DNA of 64,000 bases from Raillietiella orientalis (taxonomy: Eukaryota). Shown piece after piece: positions 37,911-47,515 of the stretch. The notes beneath the pieces were generated by a model. The model was not told where the DNA came from and ran no database searches. It saw only the letters and a program-made list of their open reading frames with translations. A program made the translations under genes and the position numbers. The first letter of the stretch is position 1. Every line of letters starts with the position of its first letter. The stretch is from NCBI GenBank assembly GCA_036172245.1, contig JAYWIR010000010.1:496001-560000 (forward strand), read 5' to 3'.

Positions 37911-39489
37911 CGTGTCGGTATCCTGCCGGTATCATCATCCGGGAGAGGCTTTTTTCTCCCTCTCTCCCTCGGCAGACACCATCATCGTCCCGGGATCCAT
38001 CAGCTGAATAATTCGGGATTTTTCTTCAAATTCGCAGGCACGCAAATCCCGGGTATCGATTATCCTGCATCATCCTCGAGGAGGGAAGCATCCCGCGCTC
38101 GGTTCGGTACGCGAGTCCGGCGTGGCGGGAGCCCGCGTCTCCCGGAACGGGAAGCCTCCACCTGCTCCCCCCCGAACGAGGTGGAGGGTGCTCGCGGTCG
38201 CCGGCGGCGCGGGGAGGAAGGGAGGGGGGGCGGCTCCGTGCCGGGAGCGCGCGCGGAGGGTGGCGCCCGGAGGAGGGGGTGGGTAGGGGCGGGAGCCGCC
38301 GCCACCGTCGCCACCACCGTGGTGGCGCACCCTCGCCAGGGGACGCGGTCCGCCGCCGCCGCCGTCGTCGTGGATGCGCGACCGCGGCGTTCCCTCCGCG
38401 CAGCGCCGCGCATGCGCCGTCGCTCCTCCTCGCCGCGAAGGGCGGCCGCGGCGGAGCGAGCGCGCCTGCGGCGGACAGCGGATTGCCGACATCCCCGCCG
38501 CGCGCGGGAAAGTCCCCGAGGATCTGTTGCAACCAGAAGGTCGACGGCGGCGCTTCGCGCCTCGGCGATAAGGAAACGCGCGACCCGCTGCCGCCGCTCA
38601 CATCCGGCAGCTGGCGATGGCGGCGGCGGCGGTGCCGCTGCCGCTCGTTCAGCCGGATGGCTGCCCACCCTTCCGTGCTGCTGCCCTCTTTTTGCCCGGG
38701 GGCGCAGCACGCGCGCGCAGGGAAGGTCGACGGACAACCCAAGTCCCCTGGAGGGAGGTTTTCCTCTCCGCGTCCCCGGAGGGTCGCGCGCTGTTCCTCC
38801 CCCTTCGAGAGAAACGAGAGCGAAGAGGTCGGGAAAAGCGGTCGCCCCGGGCAACCAGCGTGGAACGCCCTCCCTCGTCCCCGCCCATTCGGCCCCGCGC
38901 CGCTCGCTGGCGCGCAGCCGGGCAGTTTCGGCGAGGCCGCCCGTTGCATCCTGGAAACGGCCGAGCTCTCCGGGCGCCGACCGCTGTCCATCTTCACCAC
39001 CGGGAACCCCGCGCGCGTCCGCTCCTTCAGTGGGGGTCGCGACCCGCTCGGACGGAAGCGCCGGCCTCGCGCGCGTGCCGCCGGCGGTCTCCTCCGGACG
39101 GGAGTACTCGAAGCGGCAGCCCCTGCGAAGACGACGCGCGTCGGGAGACCGCGGGACGGCCGCGTGGTGCGCGAGGGTCAATGAGCGGCAGCAGGGGGCG
39201 GCGGGGCACGAAGGCGACCCGACTGTGCGGGCAGCGCAGGGACAGACCTACGCCCCCACCCAACCCGACCCAACTGCGACAGCGCGCAAAGGGCGTGGAC
39301 CCACACCAGGGCGCTGCCTCCGCCCCCGCGCAGGCGCCGTGCAGGAAGGAAGGGAGGGAAGAAAAATGCCCGCCCTCAGCCGGAGGAGCCACCAGCGCGC
39401 CGCCGCTGCGGCTGAGACCGCGCGAACGCCCTCCGCGCGGAGTGGCGGACCCCTGCGGGACAGGGTGACCTGACTGGCGTCGTCACGCG

Positions 39490-39790
39490 GGGGCGTTTAT
39501 TAAAAACTCTTCCGTACACTCGTGGTGCGAGACCCCACTACGGCCCATACATCATGGGGCCTGCCGGGTCGGCGGTACCGCAGACCGACGCGACTCTCCT
39601 CGGCAGCGGAGGGGGAAAAACAAAAATAAAATCAAAACAAAAGAAAAAAAGAAACACTTTGGTGAGCCGGGAAGGGACCACTGTCCGCTGGGCGGAGGGT
39701 CCATCCTTTGCAGGATACCGTCGAGGTCGCACTGCGTACTTCCCAGGTGGGGCCACCTGACTGGCGGAGGAGGGTGGGGAGGAGTCCCCC
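39490..39790 (-). mobile_element. Second 3' end of the L1/Tx1-like family
   Basis: WPHLGSTQCDLDGILQRM matches WPQLGQMLKDLESILQRM of the 13-kb copy; homologous T-rich UTR; AATAAA at 39496-39501 on the - strand. Confidence 0.8.
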
Positions 39791-42700
39791 CTCGGGGCAT
39801 CACCTTGGGGTGCGGCAGAGGTTGGCGGGGATGAGGAGGAGGAACGGGAAAGAGGCCACGCGCCTGGGACCCCTGGCGCTGCCGAGGAGCCCGAGCACGT
39901 GAAGCGTCGGGAAGTTGGCGTACCCGGAAGTCGCCAGCGTCCTCGTTTGAACCGACTCCTCACCCGGCGGCCTCGGTCAACCCCTTTTCGCGCGCGCGCG
40001 AGCGAGCCGGCGGCAACCATCCGCAGGGAGGGGGGAAAGGAACGGCTGCCTGTGCGTTGCTCCCGTCCTCTCCCCGACACGCCCGCTGTGTGTGTGTGTC
40101 TTTTTTTCCGCTTCTCCCCAGCAAGCGCGCTCGTCGCCAGCCGTTTCCTTTCCTCCCCCTTTTTTCCTGGCTTTTTTTTTTTTTTTTTCCTCGATTCTTT
40201 CTTCCTTTTTCTTCTTCTTTTTTTTTTTTTTTTCCGCCTCTCTCCGCCCCCTCGCGCGCGCCTTGTTTTTTGCCGGGCGGCAACCCAGATGCGCTTCGCC
40301 CGGAGAGTTGCTCGCACTGCGTGGAGATGTCGCGTGGATCGCCCAACGGCGGCGGCGGCGGCGGCGGCGGCGGCAGCTTCCGTTTCGCCGCCGCGGCCCC
40401 GCACGGAGAAACGAGAGCGGCTCGGCCGCCGCCGGACGGGAGGGCAGCGGAAGACTGCCGTCACCTCCGGTTGCCGGCGGTTGGATGCCAGGGCCGGTCA
40501 CCCGGCGGCTGGGGTCGTCGTGACAAAAACCCCGCCCGCCTCCCCCTCCTCCCCCTCCTCCTCCCGCCGCCGCCGCCGCCGCCGCCGCAGCGAGAACGCG
40601 GACCTGTTGCGCGCGCGGGCCGCGGCGCGGCGCGCCGACCCCTGCTCTGCGAAGAGAAACGTCCTTGGCGTTTTCGGACGCCTGACATTGCCCCGGTGAA
40701 CGGAAACGTCTGGCTGTGCGCCCAGCGCGCCGAGCGCGAATTCCTGCCCGCGGGCGCTCTCTTTTCGCCCGGACCCCACCACCTGCGCCTCCTGGCGCCG
40801 CGGCGGATACGCGGACAACAACAGTCGCGCGCGCGACAGCGAGGGAGGGAGGCGGCGGCGGCGGCGGAGGAGCTCCGCGCACGCGCGAGGTTCCGGTCGC
40901 CCCTGGCGTGCCGCGCTGCACCACCACCGCGCGCGACCGCTGGGGGGCCCCCTACTCCCGCCTCCGTCCGGGAAGGAGCGCGCGCCCGTGGAAACCCCGC
41001 CGCCGCGTCGCTCCTCCCAGCCGAGTCGCCACGGCAACCGGCTCGCCCGCTCGAAGGGGACCGCTGCAGCGAGCGCGCGCAACAGGGACGTCTCTCTCTC
41101 TCTCTCTCTCTCTTCGTTCCTTTCTTTCGCCGTTTTTTTTTTTTTTTTCCTTCTTCTTCTTTCCCTCCTCCTCTTTTCCCGCGCTCTTTGTCCTCTCCTG
41201 CTTCCCCCCCTTCCTCCCCTCCCCCTCGCCGCTAACGGAGGGGAGCGAAAACAAAACGCCGCCGCCCGTGCGTCCGCGCGCTCCGTCCGAGGTTCCCGCG
41301 TGCGAACAGCGCGCGCGCGCGCGCGCGAAGGGAGGCGCCGCCCCCCGCGGCAGGGGAGAGGCCGCGCTCCTCCGCGCCCAGGAGGCAGCGGAGTGGGACG
41401 CTCGCCGTGACCGCCGCCGAAGGCAGCGCGAGAGGGCTGCTGCCGCCCCGCCAGAGGGCGCCGGGGGGGCTTGACGAGAGAGCGGCGGCGGCCGTTCCCG
41501 GACCCCGGCGGGTCGGCGCGACTGCTGGGAGGGAGCGGTGGTGCCACCGTCTACGGGGCTCCAGCGGAGGAGAATACGGAGCTTCCCTTCCCCTGCGGAC
41601 TGAGCGCGGCGAAGCGCCGGCCCGGGAGGAAAGCAGGAAGGGGAGGAGGAAGAATAAGGTCAGGGGAGGGGGAGGGACAGATGGGAAGGAGCGTTTCTTG
41701 CAAAACCGCTCCTCGCATGACGTCGGCCACGAGGACGACGTCGCGGACGGCGGCATCCTGAGGACCGACGTCGCCAGCATCTCGAGCGAAGGACCGGAAC
41801 GCCCGGGTCTTCGCCGCGCTGCCGCAGGTGCGTCGGGCACGGCTCTCCGTCGTGCGCCGCTGCTGCTGCTGCTCGCAACGGGAATGCCACGCCGCCGCCA
41901 TCTCTGCTGCTGCACGTGCGCCTCCGCAGCCTCCGACGCCTTGGAATGCGGAGCGATGCTCGCCCGGAGCGAGGGGAGCTCCCTCGGGTAGCGGGGGCAA
42001 AGGACACGTCACGCGGCGGAGGCTGGGGACGCGCCGCTGCCTCGCCCTCCTCTTCCTCCTCCCCGGGCCGCGCCGCTTCTCGCGCGGAGGCCACGACGAC
42101 GTCCGGCTGGCCCTCCCCGACGCAGGCCTCGGGCGACGCCTCCTGCCTCCTGCCCGTTGGTTCCGTCCTCGCGCCCTCCGGACGAAGAGAGGAGCCCTTT
42201 TTCCCCACCCCCTCCTCCCCACATCCGGGCCTCCAGCTCCTGCGGAAGGTTGCTGAGACAACCGCGTGCGGACGCGCTCGTGGCGCTCGCCCTGCGACGC
42301 GGCCCGAGGACGGAAAAGCGCGCAAAGAGGGAGTGCCCCGGGATGTCCTTCGTCCTCTCCGCTCCCCCCTTCCCCTTCCCCCGTCCTCCTCCGGGGGCCG
42401 GGAGCGGAGGGGGAAGGGGAGGGGGGAAGATCCTCGCTCCTCTGCGCGCTCTCCCCGGAGGCGCCCACCAGCTCCTGCCGCCTCCGACGAAGCGCGCGAG
42501 GGTCGCTGCTCTCCTTCCTCGGCCAGCGGTCGTCCGATCCGGAAAACGAGGAGGAAGCGGCGAGCAAGAGCGGAGGTGGTGGGTGGGAGGGGAGGAGGGC
42601 GGGGGAGGAGAGGAAAGAAAAAAATTCGCTCCCGCGCTTTCTTCCTTCCCGGCTCTCCCCCCCCTTTCCCCCTGGAGAAGGGAACTGCGCGCCACCGTTG

Positions 42701-42800
42701 CGCGTCGCCGTGGATACGGAGCTCGTCACGCGGCGACCCGTACTCTTCGTACGGTGCTTATCGCCCACGGTCCGTGTTATGCAAATCGTATTTATTCCTG

Positions 42801-42831
<31 letters not shown>

Positions 42832-43322
42832 AACGCAGAGAGATACAGACCGCCAAATGAGGTCACAGAAATGCGACGATTTGTTTTCAGTTCATCCAGT
42901 CAAATCGTCACATGATCCGCTTTATTCAGGTTATAGGTGATGCATAACTGTTCTTTAAGCAGGAAAGAATATCAGAGCGTGAGTTGCACAACAACAGACA
43001 GATGCATTAGACAGCCATGTATCCAGCATGCGTGCGGCTAAAGACGCGGAGGCAGCGGAGACCAGCCGGGATGATTTAAAAGCACCGGGAACACTTCGCG
43101 AAACGCGCTTTCCAGCCGAACGGGAACCGAGCAGAGCAACTCGTCGCTGCTACGCAACACTTCTCAGTGATGAAATATCCCGCGACGCAAGGTCCCTCAA
43201 GGCTGCAGGAGCGCGCGGATATTCCAGCTCCTTTCTGATAACGCTCCTCTTAGGATACGTGCGAGTGCGTGTACTTGTACACGCATGCAGGCATGCCCGC
43301 GCGCGCGCACGTGTACGTACAT

Positions 43323-43358
<36 letters not shown>

Positions 43359-45175
43359 AAAAACAGCTGCACTGCCAAGAGTGAAAACAAAGCGTCGAAT
43401 CGTGGGGAGAATGGAGAAGCTGCTCGCCACCTCACCCGAGGAAAGGACCAGTTGCTCGCAGACGCCGTCGCTCTGCGGCGTGAGATGGCCCCCGGGGGGT
43501 CGAGTCGATGCGAGGCCCGCCGTTGCCTTTCGTGATTTTCTTTCCCTCTTGCCTTCCTGCCCTTCGGTCCGGGACGGTGGAGGCGGAAGAGGACCCGCGT
43601 GTGCGAACGGGGGCAGGCCCACCCCCGTACTTGTCCACCCGGATCCCACGCCCAACGTTCGTCGTCGGTGCGTGCGTGCGTGCGCGCGCGCGCGCGCGCG
43701 CGTGCGTGGACACACATTAGGAGCCCATTCACGTAAGTGCCGCGTCTCGACGCGCGTTGCGGGGATGATTGAACGCTGCTGCTGATGCTGCTGCTACGCC
43801 GCGCGACGATGCACTTGGAAAGACTTCCGACTGAGGCCGCATGACCTCTCGCGCGAGACCTTCTTCCTCGGCAGCAGGGACGGGCTTCTCCTACTCCCTG
43901 CTTCCCTCCTCTTCCCCTCGGTCCTCCTCGCGCGCTCCTGGCTCTTCCTCCCTTTCGTCGTAGTAGAGGTATGCAGCAGCGCGAAAGAGACCTCTGCTTG
44001 GGTCCGGCGCCAAGAGAGCCACGCGTCCGCGCCTCAGAGGTGGCCTCCACAACCGCTGCGGAAGAGACGTCGTTTCTTGTTGCTGACCGTGGACGAGGCA
44101 GCGGAGAGTCTCAGCTCGCGTTCGCTGCTTCCGCCGACCTCGGCGGGGCTCCTTCGAGACCCGCGAAAGAAAACGAGCGGTCTGAGGACTCCTTCCTTCT
44201 GGTTTCAAGCCCACCGGGCACGAGTGGGTGCGGGCGATGACGGCGCGAACTTTTCGGCGATCTCCAGGGCATCAGGAACGGGCGGCGACTACAACGGAGA
44301 GGGAGGGTTGCCGCCCCCCTTGCGTCCCGCTCGAGTCTTCCCGCCTCCCCTCTCCCTTTTGACCGAGGGTGGCGGCAGCGGGGGAAGGGGGGGTTGCAAG
44401 CGGGAAAACCGCCCGGCCGCCGCCGCGAGGAGCCACCATCGCCTCGCAACCCGAAGCCTTCGCGGATCCCTCCCTCCTGCTCTTCGGGCAGAGGTCGCAG
44501 CACGGACCGGAGAGCTCCAACCTGGGAAGGAAGACTCCCCCCTCCCTCCTCCCTCACGAGAAGGGCTTTGATCCTCGCCTCCCGGGTAGTCCCCGGGTTG
44601 TCTCCGACCGCGTCGGGACCACCGGAAGCACAGAGAGCGGAGGAACCCTCGCTACGGGGCACCGCAAGCGTCGCCGACAGCGAGACGGTGCCGGCACCCC
44701 GGACCACCTCCCTGATCCCTGGATAACAAGATTTCCCCGGTTGACGTTCCCGGACGCGATCCCCAAGATGGAACGCGTCGAAATCTGTGGCTTGGCAGGT
44801 GGTGATCGACCGCCCGGGAGACGGCGGCGGGAACCCCCCTCCCCCGGACCTACTGCTGCCACCTCTGTGGCGCGCCCTGAGCACCAGCGAGGTCAGCGGG
44901 ATGGCCCCCCACTGATCTCGCTCAGGAGGCTTCGGGAGGAGTGGACCCAGGTGGGGGGACTGCTCGCTTGCCCAGAAGGCACCATCGCCACCTTTTTTTA
45001 CCTTTTTCGTCGAATGACAACTTGCGATTTGGATGATGCCAAACGGTCACAGGTTGGCAAGAAGGGGAACCTCCCGGAACCGAATCGGCCGTTGCCGTAG
45101 TGAGCGGAGCCGGTTGCGCAGCGGCGACTTTCCTCGCGACTTTTCGCGGTCCTCTATCATTAATTTAATATAAAT

Positions 45176-45220
45176 ATTCTTGAGTTTATAGAATTGCAAG
45201 TTCTATGTTATATAAGAATT
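45176..45220 (+). tRNA. trnC: Mitochondrial tRNA-Cys(GCA) copy in the NUMT, apparently lacking both D and T arms
   Basis: Acceptor ATTCTTG(45176-82)/TAAGAAT(45213-19); anticodon stem TAGAA/TTCTA with loop TT-GCA-AG (GCA at 45196-98); only 6-nt and 7-nt connectors. Confidence 0.6.
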
Positions 45221-45233
45221 GATTGAGTGGCGG

Positions 45234-45298
45234 TACAAGGTAGTGTAGGATGCACACTAAAATTTGAGTTTAGGGGATACGTTAAATGTAACTTGTAT
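45234..45298 (+). tRNA. trnQ: Mitochondrial tRNA-Gln(UUG) copy in the NUMT
   Basis: Cloverleaf: acceptor TACAAG/CTTGTA; D arm GTGT-AGGAT-GCAC; anticodon stem CTAAA/TTTAG with loop AT-TTG-AG (TTG at 45264-66); T arm TAC..GTA. The D arm resembles arthropod mitochondrial trnQ. Confidence 0.85.
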
Positions 45299-45314
45299 TG
45301 GATATTAATAGAAG

Positions 45315-45485
45315 TTAGGATAGTAGAGATAGTGGTAAGAGCATAAGGAAGTAAGAGATGGAGATAGGTATGAGAGATATTTTGTGGTGGGTTTGTGGTT
45401 TGTTTATTGGGAGAGTAGTAAAAGATGGTAGTCTAATGTTGAGATAGATTAGGAGAGAGATTGAGGAGGAGATGATTAATGTGAT
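45315..45485 (-). pseudogene. nad2: Mitochondrial NADH dehydrogenase subunit 2, C-terminal fragment (NUMT)
   Basis: In the invertebrate mitochondrial code: ITLIISSSISLLIYLNISLPSFTTLPMNKPQTHHKMSLMPISISYFLMLLPLSLLS*, matching the ND2 C-terminal SLxxYLxI ... LLPL pattern. An in-frame AGA argues against the vertebrate code. Confidence 0.8.
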
Positions 45486-46199
45486 CTCTCTGTCCTCCTG
45501 GAACCTCGGTCCGAAAATTGAGAAGAGCGTGCGTTCCGGCCAGGATAACCGGGAGTGCAAGGAGGGAAAGGGGGGGGGGGGAGCTGGCAGTCCGCTTCCC
45601 CGTTTCGTCATCGAAGGGTCAACTGCGGATTCCCTCTCGTATAAGCTGCTGCACCAAGGAGATCTCGCGCCGCACCCTTGCCGGAGCGGCTCGTTCCCGA
45701 ATCACCTGGAGCAAACGGGAGCGAAATCGCTCCCTCGCTGGCGTCACCGGGGACCGGCATCAACGGAAGCGACGGTGAGTCACACGCAGCGCATCCTGGG
45801 AAGCTCCCTAGAAATGCCCGCCGGGGACGGAGCCTCCTCCCGTGACCAGCCAAAGCCGTGGTGACGCAGGGGACGTCCTTCCGGAGAGCGAGGAAGGCGC
45901 AGGGCTTCTTCCGGCTGCCCCGCCCGGCGGTGGCGTCTCCTGTGGGGGGTCTCCCCCCGACGGGAAGGGATCGGGTGGACGCCGTAGGAGTGGCGTCGGC
46001 GGACTCTCCGGACAGGACGCCTGCGCGGGCGAACGCCTTGCCTTTGCGTCGTCACCCACCGAGGTCTACAGGGAGGTGGCGCTGGAGTTGAGGAAGGGTG
46101 GGGCTCGACGCTGGAATTCTTCCCGCTCCTCAGCAGGGCAGAGGGCGGGCGCATCCGCACCGTGGGCGACGCTTCGGTGGACCCAACTGCCTTCGTAAG

Positions 46200-46964
46200 G
46201 GAGGCGGCAGTTCCCCGGAGGAAAGGAAGGGGGAGGGACGCTAACGGAAGGTCCAGGTGGCAGCGCCGGGCTCGGGCCCTGCCAGAAGACGGCGAAGAAG
46301 GAAGGGAAGGCGGGATCCCCCGGGCTCGCAGCTGCCGTTTCCGGGCGCCTCCCCGCTGGTCTTTTGCGACTCCGCCGAGGGACGTCGTTCGGGCTCACCC
46401 AGATCTGTTGCCAACGCGCCCCAGAAGGGATCTCGGGCGATTACCGGACGGTGGCGACTTCGAGACTTCCCGGTCTCCTCCCTTCTTCCCGGCTCGAGGA
46501 CGCTCCTTTCCACCTTCCTGCTTCGGTTCCACCGGCAGCGGCGGGCGGCACGTCCCGCGGCCTCCGGCTGCTGGTCTTCTCGACCGTTCCTCTCGTCAAA
46601 AATGCAGCGCTCCCTTCTTTCTGCTCTGGAGAGACGCCTAAAGGGCGACCGGCCGGTCCCGACGGAACGAACGCCCTAGAAACGAGTGCCCTTCCGACGT
46701 CTTCGAGGCCCGTAGGAGCTGCTGCGCGGTTTTCGGGTTGCGGCCTTCACTTCCGCTCTTCGGCGTCAGGGTCCTTGATGTCCGGTTTTTTGTTTTCTTT
46801 TTGTGTTTAGTGCCCCCTCCCCTCTGCTGCCGAGGTGGACCGCACCGGTCTGCGCACCGGGGACCCGGCAGGCTGCCAGTATCTAGGGCGTGACTGGACC
46901 ACTGGTCCAGTCACAGGTTATACACAGGTTTGTTCGCAAGAATAAACGCCCCGGCGCAACCGGG
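46200..46964 (+). mobile_element. Third, more decayed 3' end of the L1/Tx1-like family
   Basis: T-rich tract, then CTGCCGAGG..CGGTCTGCG..ACCCGGCAGG, then AATAAACGCCCC (from 46941), homologous to the reverse complement of 39490-39660. Upstream has faint zf-RVT remnants (ALP; FC...H). The 5' boundary is uncertain. Confidence 0.65.
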
Positions 46965-47462
46965 TTTCAACTGATGTCCTGTCCGCTTGCAGATCCGCCA
47001 CCATCTTCGTCATCATCATCAGCAACAGCAGTTCCTCCCCCTTCCCTCCCCCCTTCCTCTTGCCTCTTGAAGAGCTCCATTCTTCAGTGGCGGCGGCAGA
47101 TTCCCTCTTTCGTTTTGGCCGGGGGTGTCCTTGGGCGTCCTACGCACCACCTCCCGCTCTCCGGCCGGGGTGGTGAGAGAGAGCACCGCTGTTCGAGAGG
47201 ACCGAGGATTCCCGGAGAAACGCTCGCCCCCGTTTCCGTTGCGGCGGTCCTTCGCCGCCCGCAGCCCGGCCGAGGAGCGCGCGCTGGCCATCCGGCCGGG
47301 CGGCCGCCGTGCCCCCATTTCGAAATGAAGGCGGCAAAAGGCGCTCGGCTTCCACGCCGCTTCGCCCGGGTGGCGTCGTTCCGGAGCGCTCGCGCGCCCT
47401 CCGTCCGCGGCGGGCGCTCGACGGACGCGCGCTGCGTCGGCGGCAGGGGGCCCTCGCGGCGA

Positions 47463-47515
47463 GGGGTAGCTCAGCCGGAGGGGAAGCCCTGCCTCGCCAG
47501 CGAGGGAGGAGCCCA
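47463..47515 (+). mobile_element. tRNA-like 5' half (A box), probable SINE remnant
   Basis: GGGGTAGCTCAGCCGG is an A-box/D-arm-like start; no B box follows. Confidence 0.3.

Larger units (their letters stand above)
45151..45485. other. NUMT (nuclear copy of mitochondrial DNA): nad2 3' end - trnQ - trnC
   Basis: Sharp AT-rich, strand-skewed island (+ strand G-rich and C-poor) in GC-rich DNA, containing the three mitochondrial gene pieces listed separately. Confidence 0.9.

Noticed and set aside
45234..45298. Reading this tRNA as trnW on the nad2 strand (the expected position)
   Set aside because: The minus-strand loop CTCAAAT does not place TCA at the anticodon position; the + strand gives a proper trnQ.
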